From: an uncultured Prevotellaceae bacterium
GTDB lineage: Bacteria; Bacteroidota; Bacteroidia; Bacteroidales; UBA3663
Length of the DNA stretch: 60,593 nt
Assembly (NCBI GenBank): GCA_964530595.1
Contig: CAZGZL010000001.1
Location: forward strand, 1-60,593
Direction: 5' to 3'
The position numbers and the translations under genes are program-made. Each line of letters opens with the position of its first letter. Within the stretch, counting starts at the first letter, position 1. Shown here in pieces: positions 19,399 through 28,787 of the stretch. The notes beneath the pieces are model-generated. The model did no database searches and was not told the origin of the DNA. It saw only the letters and a program-made list of their open reading frames with translations.

Positions 19399-19813
19399 AA
19401 CCACCTGTGCCGCGTTCCGTCTCACTCAGCTCTTCTACGGGCTGCCACTCCACTTGCTCGCAACGTGCCACCACCATCTGCGCGATGCGTTCGCCCGGCT
19501 CGATTGTCGTGGGGGTGTCGGAAAGGTTGATCAGCAACACGGAGAGCTCGCCGCGGTAGTCTGCGTCGATTGTGCCCGGCGAATTGAGCACCGTCAAGCC
19601 TCGTTTCAGCGCCAAACCGCTGCGTGGACGAATCTGTGCCTCGAAGCCTGCCGGAAGTTCAATGAACAGACCGGTAGGGATCAACTTGCGTTGCAAGGGC
19701 AGCAATTCGACGGGTTGAGACAAGAAAGCTCGTAAATCCAGACCGGCAGACAGCGGGGTGGCATAGGTAGGCAACGGATTGCCTGAACGATTGATGATCT
19801 TGATAGATAACAT
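19376..19813 (-). CDS. dut: dUTP diphosphatase
   Basis: 145 aa with classic dUTPase motifs: [31 protein letters not shown] and a C-terminal [10 protein letters not shown]. Confidence 0.95.
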   Translation of the reverse strand: MLSIKIINRSGNPLPTYATPLSAGLDLRAFLSQPVELLPLQRKLIPTGLFIELPAGFEAQIRPRSGLALKRGLTVLNSPGTIDADYRGELSVLLINLSDTPTTIEPGERIAQMVVARCEQVEWQPVEELSETERGTGGYGHSGRQ

Positions 19814-19834
19814 ATCAGTGCGCTAAGTGTCAGG

Positions 19835-19842
19835 CAAAGGTA
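19835..19842 (-). promoter_or_regulatory. candidate -7 box for dut operon (TACCTTTG on minus strand)
   Basis: CAAAGGTA on the plus strand lies 22 nt upstream of the dut ATG (19813). It is the same octamer as the divergent hflX promoter. Confidence 0.4.
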
Positions 19843-19926
19843 AACCAAAGCGCTTGGATAAACAAAAAAATAGCTTCTTTTTGCGGTTTTTGAGTGGCTT
19901 GTCCGCAGCATACCGGAGAAATGCGC

Positions 19927-19934
19927 TACCTTTG
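19927..19934 (+). promoter_or_regulatory. candidate -7 box for hflX (TACCTTTG)
   Basis: TAnnTTTG match 39 nt upstream of the ATG at 19973. Confidence 0.4.
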
Positions 19935-19972
19935 TCCCCTCAAATAGAAACATTTTCACACCGGATATCACA

Positions 19973-21298
19973 ATGAAAGAATTTATACTGACCGAGAAGA
20001 AGAGCGAGAACGCTGTCCTTGTCGGCCTCATTACCTCCCGTCAGAACGAACAGAAGACGCAGGAATACTTGGACGAATTGGCATTCCTTGCCGAGACCGC
20101 CGGAGCTGTTCCCGTGCGCCGTTTCGTTCAGCGATTAGATGCACCTAACTCCGTGACCTACGTCGGTCCCGGAAAGCTGCAGGAGATCAAAACCTATTGC
20201 GAGGAGCATGAGGTCGGTATGGTGATCTTCGATGACGACTTGGGCCCCAAGCAACTGCAATGTATCGAGAAGGAACTGTGTCGCAAGATCTTGGATCGCA
20301 CCTCGCTGATCTTGGATATCTTCGCGAGCAGAGCACAGACCGCCACCGCTAAGACGCAAGTCGAGTTGGCGCAATATCAATACCTTTTGCCCCGTCTGAC
20401 CGGACTGTGGACGCACTTGGAGCGACAGAAAGGTGGTATCGGTATGCGTGGACCGGGCGAGACGCAGATCGAGACCGACCGTCGTATCGTCTTGGATCGC
20501 ATCTCCCTCTTGAAGCAGGAATTGGAACGCATCGACCGTCAAAAGTCTACGCAACGTAAGAACCGCGGTAAGTTGGTGCGCGTCGCCTTGGTGGGGTATA
20601 CCAACGTCGGTAAGTCCACTCTGATGAACCTCTTGAGCAAGAGCGATGTCTTTGCCGAAAACAAGCTCTTTGCAACCCTCGATACCACGGTGCGTAAGGT
20701 GATCATCGACAACCTTCCCTTCTTGATGAGCGACACGGTCGGCTTCATCCGCAAGCTTCCGACCCACTTGGTTGAGTCCTTCAAATCTACCCTCGACGAG
20801 GTGCGCGAAGCCGACATCTTGGTGCACGTGGTGGACATCTCACATCCGACGTTCGAAGATCAGATTCGTGTCGTAGAGCAGACGTTGAACGAGGTTTGCT
20901 CGGTCGAGAAACCACTGATAGACGGCGAGCGGAAACCGCGTAAGAAAAAGCGCGATACGGAGTCTGTTCACGACAAACCGGTGCTCTTGGTCTTCAATAA
21001 GGTGGATGCCTACCATTTCGTGCCTAAGGCGGAAGATGACCTTTCGCCGCGCAGTCGCGAAAATATCTCGTTAGAGGAAATGAAGTCTACATGGATGGCG
21101 CGCATGAACGAACATTGCCTCTTTATCTCCGCCCGCACAGGCGCCGGCGTTGACGAGTTGAAGCAGAAACTCTACAAAATGGTTGAGGAAATCCACACGC
21201 GCCGATTCCCCTACAACGATTACCTCTTCCAGAAGTACGATGATCTCGCCACAGAGGGGGAGACGGAATCGGACAACGACGACGCCTCGGAGTCTTGA
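19973..21298 (+). CDS. hflX: GTPase HflX
   Basis: HflX N-terminal domain (LVGLITSRQ...EYLDELAFLAETAG). The G domain carries GYTNVGKSTLMNLL (G1), DTVGF (G3) and NKVD (G4). The C-terminal tail is acidic. Confidence 0.95.
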   Translation: MKEFILTEKKSENAVLVGLITSRQNEQKTQEYLDELAFLAETAGAVPVRRFVQRLDAPNSVTYVGPGKLQEIKTYCEEHEVGMVIFDDDLGPKQLQCIEKELCRKILDRTSLILDIFASRAQTATAKTQVELAQYQYLLPRLTGLWTHLERQKGGIGMRGPGETQIETDRRIVLDRISLLKQELERIDRQKSTQRKNRGKLVRVALVGYTNVGKSTLMNLLSKSDVFAENKLFATLDTTVRKVIIDNLPFLMSDTVGFIRKLPTHLVESFKSTLDEVREADILVHVVDISHPTFEDQIRVVEQTLNEVCSVEKPLIDGERKPRKKKRDTESVHDKPVLLVFNKVDAYHFVPKAEDDLSPRSRENISLEEMKSTWMARMNEHCLFISARTGAGVDELKQKLYKMVEEIHTRRFPYNDYLFQKYDDLATEGETESDNDDASES

Positions 21299-21371
21299 TT
21301 TCGGACTGCAAAACCTTTGGGCGTAAGCAACACAGCGCAAATGTACCCTCGTGGAGGGCAAAAATAGCTAT

Positions 21372-21421
21372 CGACAGAGCGGGCTGACTTTCCAAGTATA
21401 GGAAGTCAGCCCGCTCTGTCG
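21372..21421. terminator. perfect 19-bp hairpin between convergent genes
   Basis: CGACAGAGCGGGCTGACTT (21372-21390) pairs with AAGTCAGCCCGCTCTGTCG (21403-21421). The T-run (ATTTTTGC) lies on the minus-strand side, so it best fits termination of the minus-strand oxidoreductase operon. It also lies 74 nt after the hflX stop. Confidence 0.6.
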
Positions 21422-21544
21422 GTAGGGTCATCCTATCGCTTTCTCTCAGTAATGCACTGCGTAGGAGGTGTAGCTATTCCGGCGAATCTGCGCCGCGGTG
21501 CAGGAGCACCGGACAACGTGTGAGCATGATGATCTCGCGGTTGT

Positions 21545-23119
21545 TCACTTGCTCTCATGATATGCCTCCTCAGTATTGACGTTCCAGATAGCAGACTTGT
21601 CTTTACTGCCCGATCGGATGGCATCGACGGTATTCATCGCCGTGAGCATGGAGTGATCCATGTTGTTGTAACGGTGTTGTCCGTTACGTCCGATGCAATA
21701 GAGGTTTTCGATCTTGTCGAGGAAGGTGCGCACTTTGTCCAACTCGTAGTAGGCGCCGAAGTAGGCGGGATAGGCTTTGCGGATCTTGATGCGTACCGCG
21801 TCTTTGACCGCTCCCGGTGCGATGATACCGATGTGTTCAAGCTCTCCCGTCGCCATACGGATAAAGTCGGCGTCATTCATCTCCCAAAGGGTGTCTCCCT
21901 CGTTGCAGAAGTATTCCAAACCGATCCATTCGGTGTGCTCATAGTCTTGTACCATATAGGGCGACCAGTTGTTGAAGATCTGCAAGCGCCCGATCTTCAC
22001 GTCGCGCTCCTGTATGTAGATCCATGTGTCGGGGACACGTCCCTGATAGGTGGGGATCTTGGTACTGTTGCGGATCGCTAACTTGTCGACGAGCAGACCT
22101 ACGGTGATGAAATCTCGATAGGGAAGCTCTCTCGCCACCCGCTGTACCTCCTCCGGCACCTCAATGCCGCGGAGCGCGGCGATCAGGTCGCACAGAGGCA
22201 TCGAAGAGAGAAAATAGTCGCAGAGTACGTCGTGCTCCTTGCCGTCAGCATCTCGCACCGTCACGGCAGTCACTTTGCCCTCCGAAACGTGGATTGCGCA
22301 GACAGAGTGCTGCAACCGCACTTCGCCGCCCCCTTGGCGGATGTCGCCGGCGACATTCTCCCACAGTTGACCGGGACCTAACTTGGGGTAGACAAAGGAT
22401 TCAATCAGGGAGGTTTCTACCTTGGCGTTGTCCCCTTTGCCGGACGAGAATTTCTTGGTGATCATGTCTTTCAAGATCGTCGCGATTGACAGCCCTTTGA
22501 CGCGCTGAGAGCCCCAGTCTGCCCCCAACTTAGAGGGGTGTAGCCCCCAGACCTTCTCCGTATAATCTTCGAAAAACATTCCATAAAGTGGCTTGCCGAA
22601 ACGATTGATGTAGAAGTTTTCCAACGAGTTTTCGGGGCGTTTGTGTACCTGCGAGAATAGGTAGCCGCACCCCGCCTTGAGGGTACGCCACAGTCCCATG
22701 TTGGCAAAGGTCTGCCATTTTAATGAGATCGGGTAGTCGAAGAACTTGCGCAGGTAGAAAATGCGCGACACACGATTGCGGGTCAGCATCACACGGTCGC
22801 TCAGCTGCGGATCGGGACCTGAAGGGGCAAGCGGGAGGTCACGGTGCAATAGCAGGTCGTCGGACGAGGGCGCCCCCTGAAGTGGCATCTCCTCGAACCA
22901 CCAGTTCATCACTCGCTGATTCTTGCTGAAGAAGCGGTGTCCGCCGATATCGATGCGGTTGCCGTGGTATTGCACGGTCTTGCTGATGCCGCCCACCTCA
23001 GATGACTGTTCGCAGACTATGGGGTGAATGTTCGTGTTCTTGAGAAACTCAAGTGCAGCGGTCAGACCCGCCGGCCCCGCTCCGGCAATGAGTGCCGTTT
23101 TCTTTATTTCGGATGGCAT
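21545..23119 (-). CDS. NAD(P)/FAD-dependent oxidoreductase (amine-oxidase / UDP-galactopyranose-mutase-like fold)
   Basis: Rossmann dinucleotide motif [20 protein letters not shown] follows immediately after the ATG at 23119 (the track ORF starts 48 nt further upstream). Length is 524 aa. Confidence 0.8.
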   Translation of the reverse strand: MPSEIKKTALIAGAGPAGLTAALEFLKNTNIHPIVCEQSSEVGGISKTVQYHGNRIDIGGHRFFSKNQRVMNWWFEEMPLQGAPSSDDLLLHRDLPLAPSGPDPQLSDRVMLTRNRVSRIFYLRKFFDYPISLKWQTFANMGLWRTLKAGCGYLFSQVHKRPENSLENFYINRFGKPLYGMFFEDYTEKVWGLHPSKLGADWGSQRVKGLSIATILKDMITKKFSSGKGDNAKVETSLIESFVYPKLGPGQLWENVAGDIRQGGGEVRLQHSVCAIHVSEGKVTAVTVRDADGKEHDVLCDYFLSSMPLCDLIAALRGIEVPEEVQRVARELPYRDFITVGLLVDKLAIRNSTKIPTYQGRVPDTWIYIQERDVKIGRLQIFNNWSPYMVQDYEHTEWIGLEYFCNEGDTLWEMNDADFIRMATGELEHIGIIAPGAVKDAVRIKIRKAYPAYFGAYYELDKVRTFLDKIENLYCIGRNGQHRYNNMDHSMLTAMNTVDAIRSGSKDKSAIWNVNTEEAYHESK

Positions 23120-23550
23120 AAGTGAATGATGTTTGAAAGTATAAAGCGTCGTCCTAAAAAGTTCCAAAGAAAGACGATGATGGTAGAAATTATCTTAGAC
23201 AAAAGGTAATAAATGCCCAACAACTCGGTGCAGAGATAGATGATGAGTGCATTGAGCAAGAGACCGATGACGCCGATCACGGCGAACATCAAGAAGTCGG
23301 CGACTTGGTTACGTCCCTCAGGTTCTGCGTGGAAGACCCACCGAATGCTGAGCAGGTAGTTCACCCCCAAGCCGGCAATAAAACTGAGTGCTGCGGAGCA
23401 TTGGTAGTGCAAGCCTCCGTAATCGGTCAGCAAGAAGAGCAATCCGAAGTCTACAACGAATGCAATGCCTCCGACGAAGGTGTAGCGGAACAGCTGTATC
23501 AATAGATTGTCTGTCTTTTCGGAAATCAGATTTTGGATAATAGATGGCAT
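23104..23550 (-). CDS. GtrA-family membrane protein
   Basis: About 148 aa with 4 TM helices. The hallmark N-terminus is [28 protein letters not shown]...[18 protein letters not shown] use the ATG at 23550. The gene overlaps the downstream oxidoreductase start by 16 nt. Confidence 0.85.
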   Translation of the reverse strand: MPSIIQNLISEKTDNLLIQLFRYTFVGGIAFVVDFGLLFLLTDYGGLHYQCSAALSFIAGLGVNYLLSIRWVFHAEPEGRNQVADFLMFAVIGVIGLLLNALIIYLCTELLGIYYLLSKIISTIIVFLWNFLGRRFILSNIIHLCHPK

Positions 23551-23613
23551 AGTTTTGTGTTTATCCGACCTGTTTGACGGGAATCGGAAAGGTGGCGAAT
23601 GTGCCATTCGCGG

Positions 23614-23621
23614 CAAAGATA
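23614..23621 (-). promoter_or_regulatory. candidate -7 box for gtrA-oxidoreductase operon (TATCTTTG on minus strand)
   Basis: CAAAGATA on the plus strand lies 64 nt upstream of the ATG at 23550. Confidence 0.35.
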
Positions 23622-23677
23622 TCAAATTTAGGCATTTAATAAACAAAAAACGAGAGAAAAATGAAACTCAAATAAAA

Positions 23678-23723
23678 TGCGCGGGCAAAACGGAAATTTT
23701 GTTCATTTCCTTTGCCACGCGCA
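23678..23723 (-). terminator. terminator of the PmbA/TldE gene
   Basis: An imperfect stem of about 18 bp (TGCGCGGGCAAAACGGAAAT / ATTTCCTTTGCCACGCGCA) lies 15 nt after the stop. On the minus strand it is followed by a T-rich run (TTTTATTTGAGTTTCATTTTTC). Confidence 0.6.
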
Positions 23724-23737
23724 TTCGTAGGTATGGT

Positions 23738-25093
23738 TTAGCCGATCTTCACCCCTTCGAACATCAGCGATGGGATGAATCCGGTGGCTGTCTGTCGTTG
23801 CTCACTGCCCACCTCGACGAGATGCTTCCATAGGTCGATGAGGTGTCCCGTCATGTTCATTTCGCTGACGGCAGCCACCGCTTCGCCCTGTTCGTAGAGT
23901 TGCCCCTCGATACCAAAGGAATAGTCGCCCGTCACCTCGTTGTAGTTGCCTCCGTTGAAGCCGGTGAGGAGCAATACGCGCGGTTGGCTGCGTAGCATCT
24001 CCTGCATAGAGCGGGCACCGGGAGTCATGCAGAGTACGGTGGGACCGCTGAAAGTGGGCGTCGTCTGGAGCTTGTGCGCGTAATAAGTATCGAAAAAATA
24101 GGTGCAGAGCACTCCGTCGCGGAAGATGTCGCGCGTCGCCGTGGCAACCCCTTCGAAGTCGAAGAGGCAGGCTCCCTGTGCACCGTAACGCTGTGGCTCG
24201 TCGGTCAGGGTGAGTAATGGCGAGGCGACCACCTCGCCCAAGCGGTCGGCAAGGAATGAACGCTTCTGATAGAGGGCGGCACCGAAAAGTACGTCGATCA
24301 GCGGATCGAGGAGCTTACCCACGACGCGCGGCTCAATGACGATGGTGTAATGTCCTGCCTCGATGCGATGTTGCCCTACTTTGCGCTCTGCACGCCGATA
24401 AGCACTGTCCGCCAAGCTCTGCGGCAGTTCCTCCATCAGCTGATGTAGCTCGCCGTAGCCCACCGCGGTGCGGTGCTCGTAGTCCGACGGACGGCAATCG
24501 CCCTCGCCCTGTAGGTTGACCGAGGCAACCAACGAACAGATGCCGGCGCGGCTTTCGCCGTGAAAGCCTTGGCTGTCCGAGAGGTATTGCCAACCGATGC
24601 GGTCTTGGAGCGCCGTGTCGAGGGTGATGATGCGCGGATCGTTCACGGTGAGCGCTTGGGCAGTCTGCAACGCCAAATCGCGCTTGGCATCTGCCGTGGT
24701 GCTGAGGATAGAGGTGTCGTAGTTGCCCAAGTCGGGAACACTATCCGCTGTTGTGTTGCGATAGTAACGTGCAGGATCCGGCAAGGTGCGACACAGGTCG
24801 GGCGACAAGCAACGGGTGATCGAGACCCCCTGACGGATCAGCTGTTCTATTTCCAAGGCGTCTAAGCGGTTGGTGGAGTAGGTGCCGTAGCGTCCATCGA
24901 CAAAGAGACGCAACGTCATGCCGACGCCGGTGCTCTGTTGCAAGGTGTCGACGTGCCGATTGTGGGTGTCGATGTTAAAGTGCTCTATGTAGTTCATCTC
25001 GGCGCGTGCGGCTGTGCAGCCTTGACGGAGTGCATACTCCACAACGTGGTCGGTCAGCGTGATGTATCGGGAGGCTTGTTCGGGTGTCAACAT
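23738..25093 (-). CDS. TldD/PmbA-family protein, PmbA/TldE type (no HExxxH)
   Basis: 451 aa from the ATG at 25093, with family-typical blocks (GMTLRLFVDGRYGTYSTN; FDFEGVAT; GGNYNEVTGDYSFGIEGQLYEQGE). I found no HExxxH zinc motif anywhere in the translation. The promoter box at 25126-25133 rules out the longer track ORF. Confidence 0.8.
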   Translation of the reverse strand: MLTPEQASRYITLTDHVVEYALRQGCTAARAEMNYIEHFNIDTHNRHVDTLQQSTGVGMTLRLFVDGRYGTYSTNRLDALEIEQLIRQGVSITRCLSPDLCRTLPDPARYYRNTTADSVPDLGNYDTSILSTTADAKRDLALQTAQALTVNDPRIITLDTALQDRIGWQYLSDSQGFHGESRAGICSLVASVNLQGEGDCRPSDYEHRTAVGYGELHQLMEELPQSLADSAYRRAERKVGQHRIEAGHYTIVIEPRVVGKLLDPLIDVLFGAALYQKRSFLADRLGEVVASPLLTLTDEPQRYGAQGACLFDFEGVATATRDIFRDGVLCTYFFDTYYAHKLQTTPTFSGPTVLCMTPGARSMQEMLRSQPRVLLLTGFNGGNYNEVTGDYSFGIEGQLYEQGEAVAAVSEMNMTGHLIDLWKHLVEVGSEQRQTATGFIPSLMFEGVKIG

Positions 25094-25125
25094 ATATAAT
25101 AATGTGTAGTTTTCCGTTGATGCCG

Positions 25126-25133
25126 CAAAGATA
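25126..25133 (-). promoter_or_regulatory. candidate -7 box for PmbA/TldE gene (TATCTTTG on minus strand)
   Basis: CAAAGATA on the plus strand lies 33 nt upstream of the ATG at 25093. Confidence 0.4.
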
Positions 25134-25393
25134 GTACATTCCTGCGATTCCGTTCCCTTTTGCAGCGGGAAACAGCCGGATGGAGGGGATAAGTTGTCGC
25201 GTTCCGCACGTCGCTCAAAGAAAAAGATCTTGGACTTGGATTCATTGACTGAAATGGTTATATTAAAAATCAAAAGTCAACGAATCTTGAATATTTGATT
25301 GCAATTAGCTTGAATTTATGCAAAAATGCAAACATTTTGATTTTTCGCGATAGATTTTTAGGGCAAAATAGTACGTCGTTTTAGGTTCTTTTA

Positions 25394-25401
25394 TATATTT
25401 G
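25394..25401 (+). promoter_or_regulatory. candidate -7 box for the SusC/SusD operon (TATATTTG)
   Basis: TAnnTTTG match in a 467-bp AT-rich divergent intergenic region. It predicts a 5' leader of about 150 nt before the susC ATG at 25561. Confidence 0.4.
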
Positions 25402-25560
25402 CAACGTGTAATTAAGAAAAACAGCTCGATTAAGTACAAAATGAAAGCAATCCCAGCCGAAACTGAGCTCTTTAGAGCGTCAAATCGTCATCCGTAGATT
25501 GCTTTCGGATTTCAGAACAAAAACAGCTTGAATGTCCCGAATAATATTATTATTTATAAT

Positions 25561-28500
25561 ATGAGAAGAAGAATCTACTTGTTATTTCTGTCGTTGTGTG
25601 CCTTCACGGTAATGGTGGCACAGAATACGATCAATGTATCCGGCGTGGTACGCGACGATCAGGGCGAAGGCATCATCGGTGCCACCGTCAGCGTCGTAGC
25701 GCAGGGAGTAAGTAAAGGCGCTATCACGGACGGCTCCGGGCAGTTCTTGTTGATGGATGTCCAACCCGCCGCACTGCTGCGCGTCTCTTATGTGGGCATG
25801 GAAAGTGTGGAAGTGAAAGCTAAACCGCGTTTGGAGATCGTCCTGAAGTCAAATGACGAACTTTTGGACGAAGTGATCGTCACCGCCTTCGGTACCGCTA
25901 AGAAATCTTCGTTTACCGGTTCCGCCGCCGTTGTGGGTAGCGCTAAGATCGAGCAGAAACAGCTGACAAACGTCATGCAGAGCTTGGTCGGCGAGGTTCC
26001 CGGTCTGCAGATCAATCCTTCGACGGCACCCGGTTCTACGCAGTCTATGACGATCCGAGGAACGGGAAGTATCTTCGCTGACTCCGACCCGTTGATTATT
26101 TTGGACGGTATGCCTTACGATGGTGGCTGGAATAACATCAATCCTCAGGATGTAGAATCAATTACTGTGTTGAAAGATGCAGCTTCGAACGCCCTCTATG
26201 GTGCGCGTGGCGCCAATGGTGTGATCATCATCACCACCAAGAAAGGCGACGCTGGTCGCGCTGTGGTGACGGTGGACGCCAAGTGGGGCGTGAACCAACG
26301 CTCTGTGCCGGACTACGACCGCGTTACCAATGTGGGCGAATACTACGAAATGTACTACAAGGCGCTTTATAATTATTATACGAGTAACGGAAACTCCGCT
26401 TCGACAGCGCACCGCCGCGCAAACGAGACTATGTTCGCTTCCAGCTCGGAAGGCGGCTTGGGCTACAATGTTTATAGCGTCCCGGACAATGAATACTTGA
26501 TCGGTACTAATGGAAAGTTGAATCCCAATGCAACGCTCGGTCGCCGTGTCTATCGCGATGGCAAGACCTATCTTTTGACGCCGGATGATTGGAGTGACGA
26601 GACCTATCGCACCGGTTCGCGTGAGGAATACAATGTAAATATCTCCGGCGGCAATAGTCAGTCTACCGTATATGGCTCGTTCGGCTATTTGAACGACGAA
26701 GGTATCGTGGCAGCCTCTTCGTATGAGCGTTACAGCGCTCGCTTGCGTGCTTCTTATCAAGTGAAGAAGTGGCTCCAGTTTGGCGGCAATATGAGCTATA
26801 TTCGTTCGAATACCAATCAGGTAGCTGCTGACGGTAGCTCTGATAGCGACGGTCAAACGATCGACAGCAATGTCTTCTCGTTCGCTGCGAACATGGCGCC
26901 GATTTATCCCCTTTATGTGCGCGATGGCAACGGAAACATCGTTACCGATAGCAACGGCAAGGTATATGATTGGGGTAACGGCAAATACAACGATTTGGAT
27001 GCTTCCGGACAGATGCTTGCACGTCCTTATGGCGCAAACACCAACTTGATTAACTCTCTCTACATCGAATCGAATAAACATATCGACAACTCATTGAATG
27101 CCGATGGTTATGTGGATGTCTCATTCCTTAAAGACTTCAAATTCACCTTCAAGGCCGGTACTTCGGTGTGGGAAAGTAAGTACACATATCAGAACAACCC
27201 TTACTACGGCTATTACAGCGACGGCGGCGGTGTTTTGACCAAACAGCAGAACCGGACAACGACTCTGAACATGCAGGAGTTGTTAAACTGGAGCCATAGT
27301 TACGGCAAGAACAATCTGACGGCGTTGATCGGTCATGAGAATTATACTTATCGTTACGAGACGCTGCAAGCTTCCAAGCGCGGAGCAACAGACTACTTCG
27401 GTAATCAAGAACTGAACGGTTATTTGACCTATCCCGATGCTCCCTCTTCTTACGCAACCGACTACAATACGGAGGGCTACTTTTTCCGCGCAACTTACGA
27501 TTATGACACCCGCTACTTTGCGCAGGCTTCATTCCGTCGCGATGCTTCCTCTCGCTTCCATCCGGACAACCGTTGGGGTAATTTCTGGTCGCTCGGCGGT
27601 GCTTGGCTGTTGAGCAAGGAAGATTGGTTCAATATTGCCAACGTGAACTCCTTGAAGTTGAAGGCCTCTTACGGAGAGCAGGGAAATGATAAAATCGGTA
27701 ACTACCGTTACATGGATCTCTACAAAATCAGTAACGTGGACGGACAGCTCTCTCTGACCCTCTATCAGAAAGGCAACAAAGACATCACTTGGGAGACCGG
27801 TCGCAACTTCAACGTCGGCGTCGAGTGGGAGATGTACCGCGGTCGCTTGAGTGGTGGCGTAGACTACTATAACCGCACCACCAATGATATGCTCTTGTGG
27901 TTTAGCACGCCGAGCTCTTTGGGTTACGATGGCTATTACAAGAACGTCGGCGATATGCGAAACCGTGGTGTCGAAGTCACATTGGCGGGGACACCCATCC
28001 GCACACGTCATATCGACTGGAGTTTGAATTTTAACTTGACTTACAACAATCAGTCCGTTACTTATTTGCCCGACGAGAACAAAACCACAATGGTGGACGG
28101 TTATAAGGGCTTCATCAATGGTACCTATTATTATGTAGGTGAAGATTTGCCGCTCAATAGCTGGTACATTGCTAAGTATGCCGGCGTTTCTGCTGATGGA
28201 CGTTCGCAGTGGTATTACACCGACAGCGAGGGCAAACAGCAGGTAACGACCAATTATGAAAACGCCACTAAATATATCATCAAAGCCGAGCAGCCTGTCT
28301 ACGGTGGATTCGGTTCGGCGTTGAATCTCTATGGCGTGGACATCAACGTTCAATTTACCTACCAGTTGGGCGGAAAAGGTCTTGACACAGAGTATGCGCG
28401 CTTGATGACCAATCCCGTGGTCAGCCAGACCGGTTATGCCATCCACAAAGATATGTTGAACGCTTGGTCAGCCGAAAATACAGACTCAAATATTCCTCGT

Positions 28501-28770
28501 TGGCAATTCGGGGACGAGAATGCCGGTGCTATCTCAGATCGCTTCTTGATCAAGAATAGTTATTTAGCTTTGCAGAATGTACAGGTCGGCTATACGTTGC
28601 CGCAACGCCTTTATAGCGCAATCGGCATCAGCAAGCTGCGTCTTTACGCCAGCGGCGACAATATTTATTTGTGGTCGAAGCGCAAAGGCTACGACCCGCG
28701 TATCTCAGCCGGCTATGGCGTTTACTCGCCGATGCGTACCATTTCGGGCGGTATCAACATTCAGTTCTAA
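25561..28770 (+). CDS. SusC/RagA-family TonB-dependent outer-membrane transporter
   Basis: A signal peptide is followed by a CarboxypepD_reg-like domain (INVSGVVRDDQGEGIIGATVSV), a TonB box/plug (DEVIVTAFGTAKKSSFTGS, ITVLKDAASNALYGARGANGVIIITTK) and a ~800-aa barrel ending in ...GGINIQF. There is no N-terminal STN/anti-sigma signalling domain. Confidence 0.95.
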   Translation: MRRRIYLLFLSLCAFTVMVAQNTINVSGVVRDDQGEGIIGATVSVVAQGVSKGAITDGSGQFLLMDVQPAALLRVSYVGMESVEVKAKPRLEIVLKSNDELLDEVIVTAFGTAKKSSFTGSAAVVGSAKIEQKQLTNVMQSLVGEVPGLQINPSTAPGSTQSMTIRGTGSIFADSDPLIILDGMPYDGGWNNINPQDVESITVLKDAASNALYGARGANGVIIITTKKGDAGRAVVTVDAKWGVNQRSVPDYDRVTNVGEYYEMYYKALYNYYTSNGNSASTAHRRANETMFASSSEGGLGYNVYSVPDNEYLIGTNGKLNPNATLGRRVYRDGKTYLLTPDDWSDETYRTGSREEYNVNISGGNSQSTVYGSFGYLNDEGIVAASSYERYSARLRASYQVKKWLQFGGNMSYIRSNTNQVAADGSSDSDGQTIDSNVFSFAANMAPIYPLYVRDGNGNIVTDSNGKVYDWGNGKYNDLDASGQMLARPYGANTNLINSLYIESNKHIDNSLNADGYVDVSFLKDFKFTFKAGTSVWESKYTYQNNPYYGYYSDGGGVLTKQQNRTTTLNMQELLNWSHSYGKNNLTALIGHENYTYRYETLQASKRGATDYFGNQELNGYLTYPDAPSSYATDYNTEGYFFRATYDYDTRYFAQASFRRDASSRFHPDNRWGNFWSLGGAWLLSKEDWFNIANVNSLKLKASYGEQGNDKIGNYRYMDLYKISNVDGQLSLTLYQKGNKDITWETGRNFNVGVEWEMYRGRLSGGVDYYNRTTNDMLLWFSTPSSLGYDGYYKNVGDMRNRGVEVTLAGTPIRTRHIDWSLNFNLTYNNQSVTYLPDENKTTMVDGYKGFINGTYYYVGEDLPLNSWYIAKYAGVSADGRSQWYYTDSEGKQQVTTNYENATKYIIKAEQPVYGGFGSALNLYGVDINVQFTYQLGGKGLDTEYARLMTNPVVSQTGYAIHKDMLNAWSAENTDSNIPRWQFGDENAGAISDRFLIKNSYLALQNVQVGYTLPQRLYSAIGISKLRLYASGDNIYLWSKRKGYDPRISAGYGVYSPMRTISGGINIQF

Positions 28771-28787
28771 CAATCATATAGGAAACA

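Noticed and set aside
20135-20827. A 230-aa minus-strand ORF inside hflX, plus similar antisense ORFs inside clpX (43068-44018), the first HAD gene (2334-3041) and the TlpA-like gene (39997-40656).
   Set aside because: All are antisense to genes with strong motif support, so I treat them as non-coding shadows.
25094-25273. An N-terminal extension of the PmbA/TldE ORF (the track start at 25273). There are analogous 5' extensions of the track ORFs at 2187, 23167, 23646, 25528, 36918, 39712, 41224, 42137, 52145 and 57931.
   Set aside because: The extensions start at non-ATG codons or run through candidate -7 promoter boxes or upstream genes. They also add residues ahead of conserved N-terminal motifs or signal peptides. 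Internal ATG starts fit better.
26158-28446. Minus-strand ORFs of 307, 127 and 305 aa inside susC.
   Set aside because: They are antisense to a full-length SusC/RagA transporter with clear motifs. The translations are featureless (Ile/Val/Arg/His-rich).
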